Of a DNA stretch of 64,000 nucleotides, positions 32,331 through 40,269 are shown in pieces (the first letter of the stretch is position 1; the number at the start of each line of letters is the position of its first letter). Source of the stretch: Bacilli bacterium (GTDB lineage: Bacteria > Bacillota_I > Bacilli_A > RFN20 > CAG-826). The stretch covers positions 2,670 to 66,669 of the forward strand of contig JAQWCH010000005.1 in the NCBI GenBank assembly GCA_028705995.1, read 5' to 3'. The translations under genes were made by a program, and so were the position numbers. The notes beneath the pieces are model-generated. The model saw only the letters and a list, made by a program, of their open reading frames with translations. It did no database searches and was not told where the DNA came from.

Positions 32331-33717
32331 ACAAAAAACCAAAAAAATATTAAAAATGAGTGCTCTTGGAGCGGGGTTACTAGTTTTTGCAGCCTCATGT
32401 ACTGCAAATTTTTGTTCAACAACCGATAAAGCTCATTTGTTATATGAATTAGAAGGTGTTTCAGTTGTTAGCACTAATACATATAACGAAACGCTCACAA
32501 AGATTATCTCTGACGCACAAGATGAACAAGGTTATACAATTCCACCACTTGAATTTTGGCAAGAGATGGATAGTAAAAACTTAGATGAAGCGCGGCGGTT
32601 ATATATCCTTGAGCACGAAGACGATACAGATTTTAATTTAGCCAACGTTACTGATGAACTAGCGCTTGGTGAATTTGGATACGCCAAATTCCTTAATACT
32701 GTTGCACCAAGTGCAGCACTTTCTTCAACCGAACTTTGGGGCAATTGGAACCTTTGGGTAAATGAAATTCGCATTGACGAGAATTTTGGGCCCGAGATTG
32801 CGCCAGACAATGATTTTAAAACGTTTTATCAAAAAGAATTATCGGCAAAAATTCAAAACATGCGCTCATGTATTGCAATAAACGATGGAGTCTATGGACC
32901 AGAAGGTGAAAAAGTTCCAGTTGAGGAAAAAACCTGGGGATATGCATGGGAGCAAGGACTAATTGAAGGGTTATTGGTTTACCCTGTTGCGTGGATGATT
33001 GAAGAATTCACAACGCTTTTTGGCGCAAATGGTTATGGCCAATTACTAGCAATTTTAATTGTAACGATTCTTGTTCGGGGTTTAATGATTGCCGCGACTT
33101 TCCGTTCGACAATGTCACAACAAAAAATGCAAGCACTCCAACCAGAAATTCAAAAACTTCAACAAAAATATCCAAATTCAAACACCAATCAATACGAAAA
33201 ACAACAATTATCACAAGCACAAATGGCGCTTTATAAAAAACATGGTGTAAAACCACTTAGCCAAATTTTGATAATGTTTATCCAATTCCCAATATTTATC
33301 GCTGTGTGGGGCGCGATGACTGGATCGGCATCACTTGCTTCTGATGCGATTTGGGGATTAAATTTAAATGCTTCGCTTGGAACTAAAATTCTTTCAAACT
33401 TCTTCTCAGCTTCTTGGTGGACAGCAGTTGTCTTATTTATTTTGATGGGAGCATCCCAATTTGTTTCGATGCAATTACCACAATGGATTCAAAAATCACG
33501 CAGTAAGAAAGTCCAAAAACTAATGGTAAATCCTGCGGCGAAAAAACAGGCAAACCAAGGGAAAATAATGATGTGGGTAATGTTTGCGTTCATCATCTTT
33601 ATGTCTTGGTCGTTACCAGCCGCAATGGGCGTTTATTGGTTAATTGGTGCATTGATCTCCATTATTCAAACCTCAATTACACAACATATTATGGGCAAGA
33701 AGGAGAAATTAAAATGA
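32323..33717 (+). CDS. yidC: YidC/Oxa1 membrane protein insertase with a long N-terminal extracytoplasmic domain
   Basis: The signal/anchor ends in ...VFAASC, a possible lipobox. The conserved YidC core starts at about residue 210 (PVAWMIEE...QPEIQKLQQKY...YWLIGALISIIQ). Confidence 0.9.
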   Translation: MLKQKTKKILKMSALGAGLLVFAASCTANFCSTTDKAHLLYELEGVSVVSTNTYNETLTKIISDAQDEQGYTIPPLEFWQEMDSKNLDEARRLYILEHEDDTDFNLANVTDELALGEFGYAKFLNTVAPSAALSSTELWGNWNLWVNEIRIDENFGPEIAPDNDFKTFYQKELSAKIQNMRSCIAINDGVYGPEGEKVPVEEKTWGYAWEQGLIEGLLVYPVAWMIEEFTTLFGANGYGQLLAILIVTILVRGLMIAATFRSTMSQQKMQALQPEIQKLQQKYPNSNTNQYEKQQLSQAQMALYKKHGVKPLSQILIMFIQFPIFIAVWGAMTGSASLASDAIWGLNLNASLGTKILSNFFSASWWTAVVLFILMGASQFVSMQLPQWIQKSRSKKVQKLMVNPAAKKQANQGKIMMWVMFAFIIFMSWSLPAAMGVYWLIGALISIIQTSITQHIMGKKEKLK

Positions 33718-34316
33718 AAAAATTTGTAGCAAAAACAATTGAAGAAGCATTAGATTTAGCAACACTTGATTTTGGTATTAATAATTCTGATGATCTAATT
33801 TACGAAATTCTTGAAGAGAAAAAAGGTCTTTTTAAACGCTCAGTAACAATTCAAGTTTATGAGTATAGCGATTTAATCGAATACGCAATTGATTATTTAA
33901 AAAAAGTGATTTTAGCCTTCGAAATCGCCCCAGAATTTGCACCAACAATTAACGAAGATATCATTCACATCGAAATTAGTACAAATCACAATTCAATTTT
34001 AATTGGAAAAAACGGGCGCACACTTCAAGCACTCAACGAACTTGTCAAACTCGCGTTGTCGGTTCGGTTTAAAAAAAGAATTCGTGTTTTATTAGATATT
34101 AATGATTATAAATCGGAAAAATACACCAAAGTGATTTCAATCGCCAAACGGGCGGCAAAGGAAGTTCAAAGAACAAAAGTTGATGCGCTTCTAGATCCGA
34201 TGCCTGCTGATGAAAGACGTGTTATTCATAACGCATTAAGTCACTTCAACAACATCAAAACAGAATCAACTGGCGCGGGTCATCATCGGCAAATCGCCAT
34301 CAAATACGTTGAATAA
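33714..34316 (+). CDS. jag: Jag/KhpB RNA-binding protein (KH + R3H domains)
   Basis: MKKFVAKTIEEALDLA... is the Jag N-terminal domain, followed by KH (IGKNGRTLQALNEL) and R3H (ERRVIHNAL). An ATGA overlap with the yidC stop and an AAGGAGA SD are present. The ORF-track start 33573 is rejected. Confidence 0.88.
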   Translation: MKKFVAKTIEEALDLATLDFGINNSDDLIYEILEEKKGLFKRSVTIQVYEYSDLIEYAIDYLKKVILAFEIAPEFAPTINEDIIHIEISTNHNSILIGKNGRTLQALNELVKLALSVRFKKRIRVLLDINDYKSEKYTKVISIAKRAAKEVQRTKVDALLDPMPADERRVIHNALSHFNNIKTESTGAGHHRQIAIKYVE

Positions 34317-34321
34317 ACCTC

Positions 34322-34344
34322 GGGAGCCAAATGGCTCCTTTTTT
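34322..34344 (+). terminator. rho-independent terminator after jag
   Basis: GGGAGCC-AAAT-GGCTCC followed by TTTTTT. Confidence 0.6.
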
Positions 34345-34354
34345 GTGATAAAAT

Positions 34355-35698
34355 TTGTATACAATGAAACTTGAAACAATTGTTGCATTAGCAACTCCAC
34401 CACTAAAAAGTGCCTTAGGTATTATCCGTCTCTCAGGGATGGAAACTTTTACTATAATCAATCGCGTGTTTTTTACAAACACCGGTTCGCTGAGTGAAAG
34501 AGGCATTTATCATGGCTGGATTAAAGATGGCGATGAAACAATCGACGAAGTTGTTGTTTTAGCTTACATTCAACCAAAATCGTATACTGGTGAAGATCTA
34601 GTTGAAATCATCTTTCATGGTTCACCATTAATTGCACAGCAAATTCTATCTATATTAATTAAATATGGCGCTCGTTCAGCTGAACCGGGCGAATTTTCAA
34701 GTCGTGCTTTTTTAAATAATAAAATTGACTTAATTCAAGCGGAAGCAATTAATGACATGATTAATGCCACTTCATTGGAAGCAAAAAAGTTGGCGCTATA
34801 TTCATTAAAAGGTGAAACAAGCGATAAAATTTTACCAGTTCAAGTCAAAATAGCAGATTTAGTTTCACTAATTGAGGTAAATATTGATTATCCGGAATAT
34901 ACCGATATTGAAATCGCTACAACGGAAAAAGTTCTTGCGGACACTAACGAAATTACTAAAGCAATTGATTTATTAATTGACGAGGGTCGCCAAGGGAAAA
35001 TTATTAAAGAAGGTTTAAAAGTCGCGATTGTCGGTAAACCGAACGTTGGAAAATCTTCACTACTTAATGCGTTGATCGGCGAAGAAAAAGCAATTGTCAC
35101 AAATGTTGCCGGCACAACACGCGATATTGTTGAAGGCGAAATTAATCTTGATGGAATTATTCTCCACTTATATGACACAGCAGGAATTCGTGAATCACAA
35201 GATCAAATTGAAAGCATCGGGATTGGCAAAGCTAAACAAGTTTTAACGGATGCGGATTTAATTATTTTAGTAATTGACGGTTCGCGCACACTTGATGAGG
35301 AAGATCAAAAAATACTGGAATTAACGCAAGAGCGCAAACGCTTGATTGTATATAATAAATCCGATCTTACAAATATTGAAAAACACGATGGAAAACTCTA
35401 CGTTTCTGCATTAACAAAAGATATTTCCGCATTAAAACGGGCAATTGTTAAATTGTTTGCTATTGATAACGCTTCTTTCTCGCGTCCCTCTTTAACTAAC
35501 GCACGGCAACTTGGTCTTTTAGCGCAAGCAAAGCAAAATTTATTAACCGCTCAAGAGCTAGCCAAACAAAAGATACCGCTTGATTTAATTAATGTGGAAC
35601 TGCAAGCCGCACTTATGGCAATTAATGACGTATTAGGCAAAACCGGAGATAGCGATCTTAGTCAAGAAATTTTTTCGCGTTTTTGTTTAGGAAAATAA
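34355..35698 (+). CDS. mnmE: tRNA modification GTPase MnmE
   Basis: 447 aa with the G domain GKPNVGKSSLLNAL / DTAG and the C-terminal CLGK tetrapeptide. Confidence 0.95.
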   Translation: MYTMKLETIVALATPPLKSALGIIRLSGMETFTIINRVFFTNTGSLSERGIYHGWIKDGDETIDEVVVLAYIQPKSYTGEDLVEIIFHGSPLIAQQILSILIKYGARSAEPGEFSSRAFLNNKIDLIQAEAINDMINATSLEAKKLALYSLKGETSDKILPVQVKIADLVSLIEVNIDYPEYTDIEIATTEKVLADTNEITKAIDLLIDEGRQGKIIKEGLKVAIVGKPNVGKSSLLNALIGEEKAIVTNVAGTTRDIVEGEINLDGIILHLYDTAGIRESQDQIESIGIGKAKQVLTDADLIILVIDGSRTLDEEDQKILELTQERKRLIVYNKSDLTNIEKHDGKLYVSALTKDISALKRAIVKLFAIDNASFSRPSLTNARQLGLLAQAKQNLLTAQELAKQKIPLDLINVELQAALMAINDVLGKTGDSDLSQEIFSRFCLGK

Positions 35699-35699
35699 T

Positions 35700-36467
35700 A
35701 TGTATATTGATACACACACACATTTTAATAGTGAAGAATTTAGTGAAAATTTACCACTTTTTATTGCCAACGCAAAAGATGCCGGTGTCGATAAAATGAT
35801 TATTGTCGGTTGGGATGTCGAATCATCAGAACGGGCAGTTAAAATTGCTAATCAGTATTCTTTTTTATATGCAGCGGTTGGGTTTCATCCCGAAAATTTA
35901 AATGGCCTGGCTGAAGATGCGTTCGCCCAAATTAAAAAAATCGCGAGCGATCAAAAAGTTGTCGCTATTGGCGAGATTGGGCTAGATTACTACTGGACAA
36001 AAGACGAAGATGCACGCGCGAAACAACGAAAATATTTTATTCGACAAATTAAAATTGCTAATGAACTAAACAAACCAATAATTGTTCATTCCCGAGACGC
36101 GAGTGAAGATACTTTTGAAATTATTAATGAATATCGTCCAACAAAAAATGGCGTGATGCATTGTTATTCAGGTTCGCCCGAAATGGCATTAAATTATGTA
36201 AAGTTAGGGATGTTTATATCGCTTGCTGGGCCTGTGACGTTTAAAAATGCACGTGTTCCAAAAGATGTAGCGGCCATTGTTCCGTTGAAATCTTTACTAA
36301 TCGAAACAGATTGTCCATATTTAGCCCCACATCCTTTTCGGGGGAAGTTAAATGAAAGCAAATACCTTCCTTACATCGCTGAAGTAATCGCCGAAATAAA
36401 AAACATCGATGTAGAAGATATCGCTGAATGGACAACTAGAAACGCCGAAAGATTGTTTGGGATATAA
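35700..36467 (+). CDS. tatD: TatD family metal-dependent DNase/hydrolase
   Basis: DTHTH at the N-terminus, GEIGLDY, and HSR and D ligands in the TIM-barrel pattern. Confidence 0.9.
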   Translation: MYIDTHTHFNSEEFSENLPLFIANAKDAGVDKMIIVGWDVESSERAVKIANQYSFLYAAVGFHPENLNGLAEDAFAQIKKIASDQKVVAIGEIGLDYYWTKDEDARAKQRKYFIRQIKIANELNKPIIVHSRDASEDTFEIINEYRPTKNGVMHCYSGSPEMALNYVKLGMFISLAGPVTFKNARVPKDVAAIVPLKSLLIETDCPYLAPHPFRGKLNESKYLPYIAEVIAEIKNIDVEDIAEWTTRNAERLFGI

Positions 36468-36468
36468 A

Positions 36469-37020
36469 ATGCTAGATTTATCCAGTTCAGTAATTGTTGT
36501 TGAGGGAAAAAGTGATGTTGCACTTCTTTCATCAATCATAAAAAGCAACTTTGTAACAACAAATGGCTCTGAAGTTTCACGTGAAACAATTAATTATTTA
36601 AAAATATTATCAAAAACCTATCCGATTATCATCCTCACTGACCCTGATGGGCCAGGAAGAATCATTCGCTCCCGTCTTGAACAAGAACTGAATGATGTTC
36701 AACATATCTTTTTAAATAAAAAAGATTGTATCAAAAAAAATAAAGTTGGTGTTGCTGAAGCAGACATAAGTACAATTCGTCTAGCGTTTGAACATATCAT
36801 TCCTGGACCAAGTGTTGATGTTGGAAACTTAAACACAACTCATTTATTAAATCTTCTTTTAGTAGGTAATGAAGAAGCTGGTGCCCGAAGAAAATTTATT
36901 GGTGAATATTATCATTTTGGGCAATCTAATGCGAAAACTTTACTTAAGAGACTCAATCAAATAAATATTTCTTTTAATGAAATTAAGGAGGTCCTAATTA
37001 ATGCCGGTTACAAATGCTAA
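36469..37020 (+). CDS. rnmV: ribonuclease M5 (TOPRIM)
   Basis: VIVVEGKSDVALL...IIILTDPDGPGRIIR is the TOPRIM signature. The start is ATG 36469, with TTG 36457 as the alternative. Confidence 0.8.
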   Translation: MLDLSSSVIVVEGKSDVALLSSIIKSNFVTTNGSEVSRETINYLKILSKTYPIIILTDPDGPGRIIRSRLEQELNDVQHIFLNKKDCIKKNKVGVAEADISTIRLAFEHIIPGPSVDVGNLNTTHLLNLLLVGNEEAGARRKFIGEYYHFGQSNAKTLLKRLNQINISFNEIKEVLINAGYKC

Positions 37021-37831
37021 AGAAGTAAATGAATTAATGACATTGTTAGGTAGCGCTCCTTTAAAAAGGTACGGTCAAAATTTTCTGATCGACCAAAAAA
37101 TAATTGAAGATATTATTCAAGCGTTTCAACCACAAAAAAAAGATAATATTCTTGAAATTGGTCCGGGTCTTGGCGCATTAACGACGCATTTAGTTGGTTC
37201 TGGCGCTCAAGTGATTGCTGTAGAAATAGACCGTAAATTATCGGCGTTTTTACAATCAAATTTAAAAATAAACGGCAATTTAGTGGTAATAAATCAAAAT
37301 ATACTCCAAACCAAATTGAGCGCATTTCCTTCTCCCTTACGAATAATCAGTAATTTACCCTATAACATCACAACACTAGTAATTGAAAAGATAATTAAAG
37401 AATCAATCAATGTAAAAGATTTTCTTTTTATGGTGCAAAAAGAAGTAATCGCTCGTCTTAACGCTAAAGTCGGGACCGCTGAATATGGTCCACTTGCCAT
37501 CATGCTAAATTTACTGACCGAAGGAAAAAGTATAATGAATATTCCCCGAGAAGCTTTTTATCCACAACCGAACGTTACATCAACTATTTATTATCTAAGT
37601 TTTACACATCTTTATGACGATTACGAAGTACTGGGTATTTTTCGTTTAGTAAAATCGATGTTTCTTAGTCGGAGAAAAACAATTTACAACAATTTGGCAA
37701 TTTATTTAAAAAATAAGAACGAGGCTGAAAATACGCTCAACGCTTTAGGTGTTTTACTAAATACTAGACCAGAACAACTATCACCTGAAGTATATTTAGA
37801 TTTATATCGCAGTTTAAATTCAAAAAAATAA
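37001..37831 (+). CDS. rsmA: 16S rRNA (adenine1518/1519-N6)-dimethyltransferase
   Basis: YGQNFLIDQKII, the SAM site LEIGPGLGALT and NLPYNI are present. Confidence 0.9.
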   Translation: MPVTNAKEVNELMTLLGSAPLKRYGQNFLIDQKIIEDIIQAFQPQKKDNILEIGPGLGALTTHLVGSGAQVIAVEIDRKLSAFLQSNLKINGNLVVINQNILQTKLSAFPSPLRIISNLPYNITTLVIEKIIKESINVKDFLFMVQKEVIARLNAKVGTAEYGPLAIMLNLLTEGKSIMNIPREAFYPQPNVTSTIYYLSFTHLYDDYEVLGIFRLVKSMFLSRRKTIYNNLAIYLKNKNEAENTLNALGVLLNTRPEQLSPEVYLDLYRSLNSKK

Positions 37832-37929
37832 TTATTTAAAAAACGCTTTCTTAGTATTTTTTTGTCATAGCGTGTAAAATAAAGGTATTAAGTAGGCATT
37901 TATTCTAATTGTTTTATAGGAGAAATAGT

Positions 37930-38796
37930 ATGGAATACAAAGCATACGCAAAAATCAATCTCTACCTAAGAATTAGAGGCACCTATCCGAATGGATACCA
38001 TGATCTTGATATGATTATGGTGCCAATTGATTTGTATGATTTAGTCACAATTAATGTTTTACCGGACTCCGCTCCGAAATCTTTTGTTTATACCGAAGGG
38101 TTGAACGTGCGCGAAAGCGACAATTTGGCTTTTATCGCTCTTAATCGCATGCGCGAAAAGTATGGATTTAAACAAAATCTTGCGATTCATATTGAGAAAA
38201 AAATTCCGATTGGTGCTGGATTTGGTGGTGGCTCATCGGACGCGGCAGCGATTATTCGCGCTTTGGTAGAAATATTTTCGCTACCAGCGGAAGATGACGA
38301 ACTAGTTGAAATCGCTAAATCAATTGGTAGCGATGTTCCGTTCTTCTTAAAACAAAGACCAGCAAGAATTCAAGGAATTGGTGCGGATATAACGCCAGTT
38401 GAAGTAAAAAACAAAGGGCAAAAGGTTTTGTTGGTCAAACCCGAAGAGAATCTGCTTACCAAAGCTGTTTATCAAGAATATGACCACGCCCCCGAAGAAG
38501 GCGAAAAACCAGATATTGAAACGCTTATTACCGCACTTGGCCGGGGTTTGACCCATAACCACAAACCATTGGTGTACAATGATTTAACAAATGCGGCAAT
38601 TAGACTTTTACCAGAAATTGGTAATATTCGCGATAATTTAAAAAAAGAAGGCAACCATATTATAGAAATGACAGGTGCAGGATCTGCTGTATATCTTATC
38701 AGTCGCAACGAGGCAAAATTAAGAACGCTTCGTGATAAATATGAAAAACGGGGTTATACCGTATTTCTTGTTGATTTTAACCCTGAGATTAAATAG
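37930..38796 (+). CDS. ispE: 4-diphosphocytidyl-2-C-methyl-D-erythritol kinase
   Basis: AYAKINLYLRI..GYHDL and the GHMP motif IPIGAGFGGGSSDAAA are present. The start is ATG 37930 with an AGGAGAA SD. Confidence 0.85.
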   Translation: MEYKAYAKINLYLRIRGTYPNGYHDLDMIMVPIDLYDLVTINVLPDSAPKSFVYTEGLNVRESDNLAFIALNRMREKYGFKQNLAIHIEKKIPIGAGFGGGSSDAAAIIRALVEIFSLPAEDDELVEIAKSIGSDVPFFLKQRPARIQGIGADITPVEVKNKGQKVLLVKPEENLLTKAVYQEYDHAPEEGEKPDIETLITALGRGLTHNHKPLVYNDLTNAAIRLLPEIGNIRDNLKKEGNHIIEMTGAGSAVYLISRNEAKLRTLRDKYEKRGYTVFLVDFNPEIK

Positions 38797-38813
38797 AAAG
38801 AAGGAATTTATCT

Positions 38814-40211
38814 ATGTTGAAAAATATCAACGCTATTATTTTGGCTGCCGGCAAAGGCACACGCATGAAATCCCGTGATGAATCGCGCTCAAAAGTCGCT
38901 TATCCAATCTTTGGTGTGCCACTTGTTCAATATGTCGTTCGTGCGGTCAAGCCACTAATTGATGGCGAAATATATACGGTAATTGGTTTTGGTGGTGAAA
39001 CAACACGCGAACTTGTTAAAGGCTCAGTCACTGATTCTGTTTGGCAACGCGAACAAAAAGGTACGGGACATGCAGTTTTACAAGTCAAACCATATTTAGA
39101 GAATAAAAAAGGTGTCACATTTATTTTATGTGGGGATACTCCGTTATTAACAACCGCCACGTTGGAGAATATGCTCCAAGATCATGAGAAAAAGAGTCAC
39201 GATCTAACCGTCATGACTGCGGTCTTAGATAAACCTTATGGCTACGGGCGTATTGTTCGCAACAAATATGGGCTAGTTGAAGCCATTGTCGAAGAAGCTG
39301 ATAGTAATGATGAACAAAAAAATATCAAGGAAGTTAATGCAGGAGTCTATGTCATCAACAATGAAAAGCTTTTCGAACAATTAAATAATTTATCAACCGC
39401 AAACGCCCAAGGAGAAATGTATTTAGGTGACTTAATCGATCTTTTCCGAAAAAAAGGATATGTAGTCGGCGCTTCGATTTTGCAAGATAGTAGCGAAATG
39501 CTTGGTATTAATAATCGCGTACAACTAGCGGAAGCGACAGAAATTTTAAAATTACGGATTAACAAGAAACACATGTTAAATGGTGTCAGTATCGTTGATC
39601 CAAAAACAACATATATTGGTCCTTTTGTCACTATTGGGGCGGATACCATCATTCAACCAGGAACAACAATTCTTGGTGAAAGCAAAATTGGTTTTGATAA
39701 TTTAATCGGGCCAAATACTTATCTTGAAAACACAGAAATTGGTGATGGAAACACTATTTTATCTTCGTGGTTAACAGATTCAAAAGTTGGTCATCACAAT
39801 GAAATTGGTCCATTTACAAAAACGCGCGCACATACGGAAATTGGTTCACATTGCCGTGTTGGCAATTTCGTTGAACTGAAAAACGCACATCTTCAAGATG
39901 GCGTTAAATCAGCGCACTTAACTTATCTTGGCGATGTAGATATTGGCGAAAAAACAAATATTGGTTGTGGAACAATTACAGCCAACTATGATGGTGTAAA
40001 AAAATATCATACCGATATTGGTCCAGAAGTGTTTATTGGTTCAGGAACAATTCTGATTGCCCCAATCACAATTGAAAAAGGGGCCTTTACAGCAGCGGGC
40101 TCAACGATTAACCGCGACGTGCCAGCTGATGCAATGGCAATCGCCCGTGCTCGGCAAGAAAACAAAGAAGGGTACGCTGTCCGGTACCATAAACCAAAAC
40201 CAGAAAAATAA
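38814..40211 (+). CDS. glmU: bifunctional UDP-GlcNAc pyrophosphorylase / GlcN-1-P acetyltransferase
   Basis: LAAGKGTRMKS lies in the N-terminal domain. The C-terminal half holds left-handed beta-helix hexapeptide repeats. Confidence 0.92.
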   Translation: MLKNINAIILAAGKGTRMKSRDESRSKVAYPIFGVPLVQYVVRAVKPLIDGEIYTVIGFGGETTRELVKGSVTDSVWQREQKGTGHAVLQVKPYLENKKGVTFILCGDTPLLTTATLENMLQDHEKKSHDLTVMTAVLDKPYGYGRIVRNKYGLVEAIVEEADSNDEQKNIKEVNAGVYVINNEKLFEQLNNLSTANAQGEMYLGDLIDLFRKKGYVVGASILQDSSEMLGINNRVQLAEATEILKLRINKKHMLNGVSIVDPKTTYIGPFVTIGADTIIQPGTTILGESKIGFDNLIGPNTYLENTEIGDGNTILSSWLTDSKVGHHNEIGPFTKTRAHTEIGSHCRVGNFVELKNAHLQDGVKSAHLTYLGDVDIGEKTNIGCGTITANYDGVKKYHTDIGPEVFIGSGTILIAPITIEKGAFTAAGSTINRDVPADAMAIARARQENKEGYAVRYHKPKPEK

Positions 40212-40223
40212 AAATTTAGATAG

Positions 40224-40260
40224 AAAAAAGGAACGGAGATTAATCCGTTCCTTTTGATTT
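40224..40260. terminator. bidirectional terminator between convergent glmU and ppdK
   Basis: AAAAGGAACGGA-GATTAA-TCCGTTCCTTTT forms a perfect 12-bp stem with A/T runs on both sides. Confidence 0.65.
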
Positions 40261-40269
40261 TACCCGTAA

